From the human T2T-CHM13v2.0 reference genome, Homo sapiens: DNA of 64,000 bases. Under the pieces are notes generated by a model that was given only the letters and a program-made list of their open reading frames with translations, had not been told where the DNA came from and made no database searches. Shown here in pieces: positions 41,101-54,800 of the stretch. Numbering within the stretch: position 1 is the first letter of the stretch; each line of letters opens with the position of its first letter. The stretch is taken from NCBI RefSeq assembly GCF_009914755.1, contig NC_060925.1. One strand, given 5' to 3'. The position numbers and the translations under genes were made by a program.

Positions 41101-41715
41101 TCCATTCCATTCCATTCCATTCCATTCCACTCCATTCCATTCCACTCGGGTTGATTCATTTCCATTCTGTTCCATTCTGATCCATTCTATTCCATTCCAA
41201 ACCATTCCAATCCATTCCATTCCATTCCACACAGGTTGATTCAATTCCATTCTATTGCATTCCATTCCATTCCATTCCAATCAATTCCATTCCATTCCAT
41301 TGCATTCCAGTATAATCCATTGCATTCCACTCGGGTTGATTCCATTCCGTTCCATGCCATTCCATTGCATTCCTTTCGATTCCATTCCACTCACGTTGAA
41401 TCCATTAGATTCCATTCCATTACATTACATTACATTCCAGTCGGGTTGATTCCATTCCATTCCATTCAATTCCATTCCATTCAGGATGATTCAATTCCGT
41501 TCTATTCCATTCCATTCCATTCCATAACGTTCCATTCCATTCCATTCCATTCCGTTCCACTCGGGTTGATTCCATTCCATTCCATACCATTCCATTCTAT
41601 TCCATTCCACTCCATTCCAATCCACTCGGGTTGATTCAATTCCATTCTGTTCCATTCTCATCGATTCCATTCCATTCCATTCCAAACCATTCCAATACAT
41701 TCCATTCCATTCCAC
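35189..41715 (+). repeat. Higher-order repeat copy 3 (~6.5 kb)
   Basis: Same marker order: 35189, 35603, 36083, ACCATAAACT 36838/38538, CCACAAGGG 38747, CGTCATAGG 39130, 40667, 41482. Confidence 0.88.
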
Positions 41716-42469
41716 GCAGGTTGATTCAATTCCATTCTATTGCATTCCATTCCATTCCATTCCATTCCATTCCATTCCATTGCATTCCATTCAATTCCAT
41801 TCCATCGCATTCCAGTATAATCCATTGCATTCCACTCGGGTTGATTCTTTTCCGTTCCATGCCATTCCATTCCATTCCGTTCGTTTCCATTCCACTCACG
41901 TTGAATCCATTCCATTCCATTCCATTCCATTCCATTCCATTCCATTCCACTCGGGTTGATTCCGTTCCATGCCATTCAATTCCATTCCGTTCAGGTTGAT
42001 TCAATTCCGTTCTATTCCATTCCATTCCATTCCATTCCATTCCATTCCATTCCATTCCACTCGGGTTGATTCCATTCCATTCCATACCATTCCATTCTAT
42101 TCCATTCCACTCCATTCCAATCCACTCGGGTTGATTCAATTCCATTCTGTTCCATTCTCATCCATTCCATTCCATTCCATTCCTTTCCGAACCATTCCAA
42201 TACATTCCATTCCATTCCACACAGGTTGATTCAATTCCATTCTCTTGCATTCTATTCCATTCCATTCCATTCCATTCCATTCCATTCCATTGCATTCCAG
42301 TATAATCCATTGCATTCCACTCGGTTTGATTCTATTCCGTTCCATTACATTCGATTCCATTCCATTCGTTTCCATTCCACTCAGGTTGAATCCATCACAT
42401 TCGATTCCATTCCATTCGATTCCATTCGATTCCATTCCATTCCATTCCATTCCATTCCATTCCATTCCA

Positions 42470-45400
42470 TTCTACTCGGGTTGATTCCATTCCATTCCAT
42501 TCAATTCCATTCCATTCAGGTTGATTCAATTCCGTTCTATTCCATTCCATTCCATTCCATTCCATTTCACTCGGGTTGATTCCATTCCATTCTATTCCAT
42601 TCAATACCGTTCCAATCTACTCTCTTCCATTCCATTCCATTTCACTCCGGTTGTTTCCATTCCATTCCATTCCATTCCATTCCATTCCATTCCATTCCAT
42701 TCCATTGCATTCCACTCTATTTGATTCCGTTCCATTCCATTCCATTGAATTCCATTCCATTCCATTCCCGTCGGTTATATTCCATTCCATTCCATTCCAT
42801 TCCATTCCATTCCATTCCATTCCCGTCAGGTTAATTCCGTCAGATTCCATTCCATTCCATTCCTTTCATTTCTATTCCATTAAATTCGGGTGGATTCGAT
42901 TCCATTCCATTCCATTCCATTCCATTCCATTCCATTCCATTCTATTCCATTCCATTCAAATGGATTCAATTCCATTCCATTCAACTCTGGTTGATTCCAT
43001 TCCATTCCATACCATTCCATTCCATTCCATTCCATTCCACTGCATTCGATTCCACTCGGGTTGATTCAATTCCATTCTGTTCCATTCTGATCCATTCCAT
43101 TCCATTCCATTCCAATCCATTCCAATCCATTCCATTCCATTCCACTCAGATTGATTCAATTCCATTCTATTGCATTCCATTCCATTCCATTCCATTCCAT
43201 TCCATTGCATTCCAGTATAATCCATCACATTCCACTCGGGTTGATTCTATTCCATTCCATTCCACTCCATTCCATTCCATTCCATTCCACTCAGGTTGAA
43301 TCCATTCCATTCCATTCCTTTCCATTGCATTCCATTCCACTCGGGTTGATTCCATTCCATTCCATTCAATTCCATTCCATTCAGGTTGATTCTATTCCGT
43401 TCTATTCCATTCCTTTCCATTCCATTGCATTCCATTCCACTCGGGTTGATCCCATTCCATTCCATTCCATTCTATTCCATACCGTTCCCCTCCACTCCCT
43501 TCCATTCCATTCAATTTCACGCGGGTTATTTCCATTCCATTGCATTCTATTCCATTCAATTCCATTCCATTCCATTCCATTCCATTCCATTCCATTCCAT
43601 TCCATTCCACTCTATTTGATTCCATTCCATTCCACTCCATTGAATTCTATTCCATTCCATTCCATTCCCCTCGGGTTGATTCAATTCCATTCCATTCCAT
43701 TCCATTCAATTCCATTCCATTCAGGTTGATTCTATTCCGTTCTATTCCATTCCATTCCATTGCATTCCATTCCTTTCGGGTTGATCCCTTTCCATTCCAT
43801 TCCATTCTTTTCAATACCGTTTCCCTCCACTCCCTTCCATTCCATTCGATTTCACGCGGGTTATTTCCATTCCATTGCATTCCTTTCCATTCCATTCCAT
43901 TCCATTGTATTCCACTCTATTTGATTCTATTCCATTCAACTCCATTGAATTCTATTCCATTCCATTGCATTCCCCTCGGTTTGATTCCATTCCATTCCAT
44001 TCCATTGCATTCCATTCCACTCAGGTTGATTCCATTCCATTCCATTCCATTCCATTCCATTCCATTCCACTCAGGTTGATTGCATTCCATTCCATTCCAT
44101 TGCATTCCATTCCGCTAGGGTTCATTACAATCCATTCCATTCTATTCCTGTCCATTCCATTCCATTCCATTCTACTCGGGTTGTTTTGATCACATTCCAT
44201 TCATTCCATTCCATTCCATTCCATTCTATTTCACTCGGGTTGATTCCATTCCATTCCATTCCATTCAATTCCATTCCATTCCACTCGGTTTCGTTCCATT
44301 CCATTCCATTCCATTCCATTCCATTCCATTCCATTCCAGTTGATTCCATTCCATTCCATTCCATTCCATTCCCTCGGGTTATTTCCATCCCTTTTCAGTC
44401 ATTCCATTCCATTCTCTTCCATTCCATTCCATTCCATTCCATTCCATTCCATTCCATTCCATTCTATTCCATTCTATTCCTTTCTATTCCATTCCATTCC
44501 ATTCTATTCCATTGCATTCCATCCTATTCCATTCCTTTCCGTTCCGATGAATTCTATTCCATTCCCTTCCATTGCATTCCATTACATTCCATTCCATTCC
44601 CTTACAGTTAGGTTGATTCCATTCCTTTCTATTCAATTCCATTTCATTGCATTCCATTCCATTTGCCTCGGGTTCATTCCATAAAATTTCATTCCATTCC
44701 ATTCCATTCCATTCCATTCCATTCCATTCCACTCAGGTTGATTGCATTCCATTCCATTCCATTCCATTCCATTCCATTCCGCTACGGTTCATTACAATCC
44801 ATTCCATTCTATTCCTGTCCATTCCATTCCATTCCATTCTACTCGGGTTGTTTTGATCACATTCCATTCATTCCATTCCATTCCATTCCATTCTATTTCA
44901 CTCGGGTTGATTCCATTCTATTCCATTCCATTCAATTCCATTCCATTCCACTCGGTTTTGTTCCATTCCATTCCATTCCATTCCATTCCATTCCAGTTGA
45001 TTCCATTCCATTCCATTCCATTCCATTCCATTCCATTCCATTCCCTCGGGTTATTTCCATCCCTTTTCAGTCATTCCATTCCATTCTCTTCCATTCCATT
45101 CCATTCCATTCCATTCTACTCGGGTTGATTCCTTTCTATTTCATTCCATTCCATTCCATTCCATTCCAGTTGATTGCATTCCATTCCATTCCATTCCATT
45201 GCATTCCATGGCATTCCATTGCATACCATTCCATTCCATTCCATTCCATTCCATTCCATTCTACTCGGGTTGATTCCATTCCATTCCATTCAATTCCATT
45301 CCATTCAGGTTGATCCAATTCCGTTCTATTCCATTCCATTCCATTCCATTCCATTTCACTCGGGTTGATTCCGTTCCATTCCATTCAATACCGTTCCTAT

Positions 45401-46700
45401 CTACTCTCTTCCATTCCATTCCATTTCACTCCGGTTGTTTCCATTCCATTCCATTCCATTCCATTCTATTCCATTCCATTGCATTCCACTCTATTTGATT
45501 CCATTCCATTCCATTCCATTGAATTCCATTCCATTCCATTCCCGTCGGTTATATTCCATTCCATTCCAATCCATTCCATTCCATTCCATTCCCGTCAGGT
45601 TGATTCCGTCAGATTCCATTCCATTCCATTCCTTTCATTTCTATTCCATTAAATTCGGGTGGATTCCATTCCATTCCATTCCATTCCATTCCATTCCATT
45701 CCATTCTATTCCATTCCATTCAAATGGACTCAATTCCATTCCATTCAACTCTGGTTGATTCCATTCCATTCCATACCATTCCATTCCATTCCATTCCATT
45801 CCATTCCACTGCATTCGATTCCACTCGGGTTGATTCAATTCCATTCTGTTCCATTCTGATCCATTCCATTCCATTCCATTCCAATCCATTCCAATCCATT
45901 CCATTCCATTCCACTCAGATTGATTCAATTCCATTCTATTGCATTCCATTCCATTCCATTCCATTCCATTCCATTCCATTGCATTCCAGTATAATCCATC
46001 ACATTCCACTCGGGTTGATTCTATTCCCTTCCATTCCATTCCATTCCATTCCATTCCATTCCATTCCATTCCACTCAGGTTGAATCCATTCCATTCCATT
46101 CCTTTCCATTGCATTCCATTCCACTCGGGTTGATTCCATTCCATTCCATTCAATTCCATTCCATTCAGGTTGATTCTATTCCGTTCTATTCCATTCCATT
46201 CCATTCCATCGCATTACATTCCACTCGGGTTGATCCCATTCCATTCCATTCCATTCTATTCCATACCGTTCCCCTCCACTCCCTTCCATTCCATTCAATT
46301 TCACGTGGGTTATTTCCATTCCATTGCATTCTATTCCATTCAATTCCATTCCCTTCCATTCCATTCCATTCCATTCCATTGCATTCCACTCTATTTGATT
46401 CCATTCCATTCCACTCCATTGAATTCTATTCCATTCCATTCCATTCCCCTCGGGTTGATTCAATTCCATTCCATTCCATTCCATTCCATTCAATTCCATT
46501 CCATTCAGGTTGATTCTATTCCGTTCTATTCCATTCCGTTCCATTCCATTGCATTCCATTCCACTCGGGTTGATCCCTTTCCATTCCATTCCATTCTTTT
46601 CAATACCGTTTCCCTCCACTCCCTTCCATTCCATTCGATTTCACGCGGGTTATTTCCATTCCATTGCATTCCATTCCATTCCATTCCATTCCATTCCATT
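42470..46700 (+). repeat. ~1.4 kb block duplicated at ~2.77 kb offset (42470-43900 and 45260-46700)
   Basis: CCCGTCGGTTATATT 42767/45541; CAAATGGA 42957/45721; CCAGTATAATCCATCAC 43212/45986; AATACCGTTCC(A/T)ATCTAC 42603/45387. Confidence 0.85.
44050..45120 (+). repeat. ~0.4 kb block duplicated at ~0.67 kb offset
   Basis: CCGCTA(G/C)GGTTCATTACAATCC 44112/44779; TTGTTTTGATCACATTCC 44181/44848; CCCTTTTCAGTCATTCC 44389/45061. Confidence 0.85.
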
Positions 46701-46759
46701 CCACTCAGGTTGATTCCATTCCATTCCATTCCATTCCATTCTATTCCATTCCATTCCAC

Positions 46760-48140
46760 TCGGGTTGATTCCATTCCAGTCCATTCCATTCCATGCTATC
46801 CCATTCCTTTCCATTCCCCTCGGGTTGATCCCATTCCATTCCATTAAATTCCATTCCTTTCTATTCCACTCTGGTCGATGCCATTCCATTCCATTCCATT
46901 CCATTCCATTCCATTCCATTCCCCTTGGGTTTTTTCATCCCATTCCATTCATTCCCTTCCAATACATTCCATTCCATTCCAATAAATTCCATTCCATTCC
47001 AATACATTCCATTCCATTCCAATACATTCCATACCATTCCATTCCATGCCATTCCATTCCATTCCAATCGGGTTGATTCCATTCCATTCCTTTCCATTCC
47101 ATTGTATACCATTCCTTTCCATTCCATTGCATTCCATTCCATTCCATTCCATTCCATTCCATTCCATTCCATTCCAATCGGGTTGATTCCATTCCTTTCC
47201 ATTCCATTCCAATCCATTCCATTCCATTCGTTTCCATTCCATTCTATTCCATTCCATTGCATTCCATTCCACTCTCTTCCTCTCGGGTTATTTCCAATCC
47301 ATTCCCTTCCATTCCATTCCATTCCACTACATTACGTCATATTCCACTCGGGTTATTTTGATCCGAAACCATTCATTCCATTCCATTCCATTCCATTCCA
47401 TTCTATTCCAATCCATTCAATTACACTCGGGTTCATTCCATTCCATTCTATTTCTTTCCTCCCCATTCCATTTCATTCCATTCCACTCGCGTTGATTCCA
47501 TTCCATTCCATTCCATTCCATTCCATTCCATTCCATTGCACTCAGTTGGTTCCTTTCTATTGCATTCTATTACATTCCATTCCATGCCATTCCATTCCAT
47601 TCCATTCCACTCGTGTTTATTCCATTCCATTCCATTCCATTCCATTCCATTCCACTCGGGTTGATTACATTCCATTCCATTCTATTCCATTCCATTCCAC
47701 TCGGGTTGATTCCATTCCAGTCCCTTCCATTCCATGCTATCCCATTCCTTTCCATTCCCCTCGGGTTGATCCAATTCCATTCCATTAAATTCCATTCCTT
47801 TCTATTCCACTCTGGTCGATTCCATTCCATTCCATTCCATTCCATTCCATTCCATTCCATTCCCCTTGGGTTTTTTCATCCCATTCCATTCATTCCCTTC
47901 CAATACATTCCATTCCATTCCAATAAATTCCATTCCATTCCAATACATTCCATTCCATTCCAATACATTCCATTCCATTCCATTCCATGCCATTCCATTC
48001 CATTCCAATCGGGTTGATTCCATTCCATTCCTTTCCATTCCATTGTATACCATTCCTTTCCATTCCATTGCATTCCATTCCATTCCATTCCATTCCATTC
48101 CATTCCAATCGGGTTGATTCCATTCCTTTCCATTCCATTC
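46760..48140 (+). repeat. ~0.44 kb block duplicated at 941 bp offset
   Basis: CCATGCTATCCC 46791/47732; CTGGTCGAT 46871/47812; CCCCTTGGGTTTTTT 46921/47862; ATTGTATACC 47101/48042. Confidence 0.88.
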
Positions 48141-51100
48141 CATTCCATTCCATTCCATGCCATGCCATTGCATTCCATTTTAATACATTCCCCTCGGGTT
48201 GGTCCCATTCCGTTCCATACCATTCCATTCAATTCCACTCCGGTTGATTCCATTCCATTCCATTCCATTCCATTCCATTCCCCTCAGTTTATTTCCATCC
48301 CATTCCATTCATTCCATTCCAATACATTCCATTTCATTCCATTCCATTCCATTCCATTCCATTCCATTCCATACCATTCCGCTCATGTTGATTCCATTCT
48401 ATTCCATTCCATTTCATTCCATTCCATTCCATTCCACTCGGGTAGATTCCATTCCATTCCATTCCATTCCATTCTGTTCCCTTCCCTTCCCTTCCATTCC
48501 AATCCATTCCCTTCCCTTCCATTCCATTCCATTCCATTCCCCTAGGGTCCGTTCCATTCTATTCCATTCCAATCCAGTTAATTCCATTTCATTCAATTCC
48601 GTTGAATTCCATTCCATTATGTTCCATTCCATTCCACTCCATTCCATTCCATTCCATTCCCCTCGGTTTTATTATATTCTATTCCATTCCATTCCATTCC
48701 ATTACATTACATTCCAATGTGGTTGACTCCATTCTGTTCCATTCCATTCCCTTCCTTTCCAGTGAATTCCATTCCATTCCCTTCTATTCGTGTTGATTCC
48801 ATTCCATTCCTCTCTGGTTGATTCCATTCCATTTCATTCCATCCATTCCATTCCATTCTATTCCCCTGGGGTTGATACCACTCCATTCCATTCGTGCCAT
48901 TCCATTCCATTCCATTCCATTCCATTCCATTCCATTCCATTCCAGTTGATTCCATTGCATTCAATTCCATTGAATTCCATTCCATTCCATTCCATTCCAC
49001 TGAGTATGATTCCATTCCATTCCACTCCATTCCATTCCACTTGGGATGATTCCGTTCTATTCCTTTCCTTTCAATTCCATTCCTTTCCATTCCATTCCAT
49101 TCCATTCCATTCCATTCCACTCCAGTTGATTCCATTCCATCCCATTCCACTCCATTCCATCGCAGTCGGGTTAATCCCATTATATTCCATTCATTCCATT
49201 CCATTCCATTGCATTCCATTCCATTCCATTCCAGTTGATTCCATTGCATTCAATTCCATTGAATTCCATTCCACTCCATTCGACTCGGGATGAATCCATT
49301 CCATTCCAGTCTATTCCATTCCACTCCATTCCATTCCAATTGGTTTACTCCATTCCATTCCATTCCTTTCCATTCCATTCCTTTCCATTCCATTCCATTC
49401 CATTCCATTCCATTCCATTCCATTCCATTCCAGTGGGATTGATTCCATTCCATTCTGTTCCATTGCATTCCTTTCCAATCAATTACATTCCATTCCATTC
49501 CACTCGGTTTGATTCCATTCCATTCCATTCCATTGCATTCCATTCCATTCCATTCCATTCCTTTCCACTAGGGTTGATGCCATTCCATTCCATTCCATTC
49601 CACTGAATTTGATTCCATTCCATTCCATTCCATTCCACTGGGGTTGATTCCATTCCATTCCATTCCCTTCCATTTCATTCCATTCCATTCCTTTCCAATC
49701 AATTCCATTCCTTTCCATTCCACTCGTGTTGATTCCATTCAATTCCATTCCATTCCATTCCATTCCACTCGGGTTGATTCCTTTCTATTTCATTCCATTC
49801 CATTCCAGTTGATTGCATTCCATTCCATTCCATTCCATTGCATTCCATGGCATTCCATTGCATACCATTCCATTCCTTTCCATTCCACTGAATTCCATTC
49901 CACTCAGGGTGATTCCATTCCATTCCATTGCACTCCATTCCGATCCGTTCCATTCCGTTCCGTACCATTCCATTCCATTCCATTCCATTCCATTCCATTC
50001 CATTCCATTCCGTTCCACTCGGGTTGATTCCATTCATTCCATTCCATTCCATTCCATTCCTGTTCATTCCATCCAATTCCATTCCGTTCCGTTCCGTTCC
50101 GTTCCGTTCCGTTCCATTCCATTCCATTCCATTCCGTTCCACTGCATTGCATTCCAATCGGGTTGATTCCATTTCATTCCATTCCATTCCTTTCCATTCC
50201 ATGCCATTCCATTCCATTTTATTCCATTCGTCTCTGGTTGATTCCATTCCATTCCATTCTATTCCAATCCATTCTATTCCATTCCAATCCATTCCGTTCC
50301 ATTCCATTCCATTCAACTCGGGTTGATTTCATTCCACTCCATTCCATTCCATTCCATCCCATCCCGTTCCATTGCCCTCGGGTTGATCCCATTCCATTCC
50401 ATACCATTGTATTCATTTCCAGTCGTGTTCATTCCATTCCATTCCATTCCATTCCATTCCCCTTGGGTTTTTTCCATCCCATTCCATTCATTCCATTCCA
50501 ATACATTCCATTCCATTCCAATACATTCCATTCCATTCCAATACATTCCCTTCCATTCCATTCCATTCCATTCCATGCCATTCCATTCCATTCCAATCGG
50601 GTTGATTCCATTCCATTGCATTCTATTCCATTCCATTCCATTCCATTCCATTCCAATCCATTCCATTCCATTCCAATCGGGTTCATTCCATTCCTTTCCA
50701 TTCCATTCCATTCCATTCCATGCCATGCCATTCCATTCCATTTTATTCCATTCCCCTCGGTTTGATCCCATTCCATTCCATACCATTCCATTCAATTCCA
50801 CTCCGGTTGATTCCATTCCAATCCATTCCTTTCCATTCCATTCCCCTCAGGTTATTTCCATCCCATTCCATTCATTCCATTCCAATACATTCCATTTCAT
50901 TCCATTCCATTCCATTCCATTCCATACCATTCCGCTCGTGTTGATTCTATTCTATTCCATTCCATTCCATTCCATTCCATTCCATTCCACTCGGGTAAAT
51001 TCCATTCCATTCCATTCCATTCCATTCCATTCTGTTCCTTTCCCTTCCCTTCCATTCCAATCCATTCCCTTCCCTTCCCTTCCATTCCATTCCATTCCAT

Positions 51101-54100
51101 TCCCCTAGGGTCCGTTCCATTCTATTCCATTCCAATCCAGTTAATTCCATTTCATTCAATTCCATTGAATTCCATTCCATTATGTTCCATTCCATTCCAC
51201 TCCATTCCATTCCATTCCATTCCCCTCGGGTTTATTATAGTCTACTCCATTCCTTTCCATTCCATTACATTACATTCCAATGTGGTTGACTCTATTCTGT
51301 TCCATTCCATTCCCTTCCTTTCCAGTCAATTCCATTCCATTCCCTTCTACACGTGTTGATTCCATTCCATTCCTCTCTGATTGATTCCATTCCATTTCAT
51401 TCCATCCATTCCATTCCATTCTATTCCCCTGAGGTTGATCCCACTCCATTCCATTCGTTCCATTCCATTCCATTTGTTCCATTCCATTCCATTCCATTCC
51501 ATTCCAGTTGATTCCATTGCATTCAATTCCATTGAATTCCATTCCATTCCACTGGGTGTGATTCCATGCCATTCCACTCCATTCCATTCCACTTGGGATG
51601 ATTCCATTCCATTCCATTCCTTTCAATTCCATTCCTTTCCATTCCATTACATTACATTCCATTCCACTCGGGTTGATTCCATTCCATCCCATTCCACTCC
51701 ATTCCATTCCAGTCGGGTTAATCCCATTATATTCTATTCATTCCATTCCATTCCAATCCATTCCATTCCATTCCATTCCATTCCATTCCAGTTGATTCCA
51801 TTGCATTCAATTCCATTGAATTCCATTCCATTCCATTCCACTCGGGATGATTCCATTCCATTCCAGTCTATTCCATTCCACTCCATTCCATTCCAATTGG
51901 TTTATTGCATTCCATTCCATTCCTTTCCATTCCATTCCTTTCCTTTCCATTCCATTCCATTCCATTCCATTCCATTCCAGTGGGATTGTTTCCATTCCAT
52001 TCTGTTCCATTGCATTCCTTTCCAATCAATTACATTCCATTCCATTCCACTCGGTTTGATTCCATTCCATTCCATTCCATTCCATTCCATTCCATTCCAT
52101 TCCATTGCATTCCAGTAAGGTTGATTCCGTTCCATTCCATTCCAGTTGATTCCACTCCATTCCATTCCATTCCATTCCACTGGGGTTAATTCCATTCCAT
52201 TCCATTCCCTTCCATTCCATTCCATTCCATTCCTTTCCAATCAATTCCAATCCATTCCATTCCACTCGGGTTGATTCCTTTCCATTCCATTCCATTCTAT
52301 TCCATTCCATTCCATTCCATTCCATTCCATTCCATTCCATTCCATTCCACTCGGGTTGATTCCTTTCTATTTCATTCCATTCCATTCCATTCCATTCCAT
52401 TCCAGTTGATTGCATTCCATTCCATTCCATTCCATTGCATTCCATGGCATTCCATTGCATACCATTCCATTCCATTCCATTCCACTGAATTCCATTCCAC
52501 TCGGGTTGATTCCATTCCATTCCATTGCACTCCATTTCGATCCATTCCATTCCCTTCCGTTCCATTCCATTCCATTCCATTCCATTCCGTTCCACTCGGG
52601 TTGATTCCATCCATTCCATTCCATTCCATTCCTCTTCATTCCATCCAATTCCATTCCATTCCATTCCGTTCCATTCAATTCCATTCCGTTCCATTCCATT
52701 CCATTCCATTCCGTTCCACTGCATTGCATTCCAATCGGGTTGATTCCATTTCATTCCATTCCATTCCATTCCATTCCATTCCATTCCATTCCATTCCATG
52801 CCATGCCATTCCATTCCATTTTATTCCATTCGTCTCTGGTTGATTCCATTCCATTCCATTCCATTCCATTCCATTCCATTCCTTTCCAATCCATTCCATT
52901 CCATTCCATTCCCCTAGGGTCCGTTCCATTCCATACCATTCCAATCCAGTTAATTCCATTTCATTCAATTCTATTGAATTCCATTCCATTATGTTCCATT
53001 CCATTCCACTCCATTTCATTCCATTCCATTCCCCTCGGGTTTATTATAGTCTATTCCATTCCATTCCATTCCATTACATTACATTCCAATGTGGTTGACT
53101 CCATTCTGTTCTATTCCATTCCCTTCCTTTCCAGTGAATTCCATTCCATTCCCTTCTACTCGTGTTGATTCCATTCCATTCCTCTCTGATTGATTCCATT
53201 CCATTTCATTCCATTTCATTCCATCCATTCCATTCCATTCTATTCCCCTGGGGTTGATCCCACTCCATTCAATTCGTTCCATTCCATTCGTTCCATTCCA
53301 TTCCATTCCATTCCAGTTGATTCCATTGCATTCAATTCCATTGAATTCCATTCCATTCCATTAAATTCCATTCCATTCCATTCCATTCCACTGGGTATGA
53401 TTCCATTCCATTCCACTCCATTCCATTCCACTTGGGATGATTCCATTCCATTCCATTCCTTTCAATTCCATTCCTTTCCATTCCCTTCCATTCCATTCCA
53501 TTCCATTCCATTCCACTCTAGTTGATTCCATTCCATCCCATTCCACTCCATTCCATTCCAGTCGGGTTAATCTCATTATATTCCATTCATTCCATTCAAT
53601 TCCATTCCAGTTGATTCCATTGCATTCAATTCCCTTCAATTCCATTCCATTCCATTCCACTCGTGATGATTCCATTCCATTCCAGTCTATTCCATTCCAC
53701 TCCATTCCATTCCAATTGGTTTATTCCATTCCATTCCTTTCCATTCCATTCCTTTCCTTTCCATTCCATTCCATTCCATTCCATTCCATTCCATTCCATT
53801 CCAGTGGGATTGATTCCATTCCATTCTGTTCCATTGCATTCCTTTCCAATCAATTACATTCCATTCCATTACACTCGGTTTGATTCCATTCAATTCCATT
53901 CCATTCCATTCCATTCCATTTGATTCCATTCCATTCCATTCCATTCCACTGGGGTTGATTCCATTCCATTCCATTCCCTTCCATTCCATTCCATTCCATT
54001 ACTTTCCAATCAATTCCATTCCATTCCATTCCACTCAGGTTGATTCCATTCCCTTCCATTCCATTCCATTCCATTCCATTCCATTTGATTCCATTCCATT

Positions 54101-54800
54101 CCATTCCATTCCACTGGGGTTTGATTCCATTCCATTCCATTCCCTTCCATTCCATTCCATTCCATTCCTTTCCAATCAATTCCATTCCATTCCATTCCAC
54201 TCCGGTTGATTCCATTCCCTTCCATTCCATTTCATTCCATTCCATTCCACTCAGGTTGATTCCTTTCTATTCCATTCCATTCCATTCCATTCCATTCCAT
54301 TCCATTCCAGTTGATTGCATTCCATTCCATTCCATTCCATTCCATTGCATTCCATGGCATTCAATTGCATACCATTCCATTCCATTCCATTCCACTGAAT
54401 TCCATTCCAGTCGGGTTGATTCCATTCCATTCCATTGCACTCCATTCCGATCCGTTCCATTCCGTTCCGTTCCATTCCATTCCGTTCCATTCCATTTCGT
54501 TCCACTCGGGTTGATTCCATCCATTCGATTCCATTCCATTCCATTCCTGTTCATTCCATCCAATTCCATTCCATTCCGTTCCTTTCCATTCCATTCCATT
54601 CCGTTCCACTGCATTGCATTCCAATCGGGTTGATTCCATTTCATTCCATTCCATTCCATTCCATTCCATTCCATTCCATGCCATTCCATTCCATTCCATT
54701 TTATTCCATTCGTCTCTGGTTGATTCTCTTCCATTCCATTCCATTCCAATCCATTCCATTCCATTCCATTCCATTCCATTCCATTCCATTCCGTTCCATT
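48100..54800 (+). repeat. Triplicated block, offsets ~2.56 kb and ~1.81 kb
   Basis: CCTAGGGTCCGTTCC 48541/51104/52913; AATGTGGTTGACT 48716/51279/53088; CCAGTGGGATT 49430/51977/53801; CCATGGCATT 49845/52442/54352. Confidence 0.85.
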
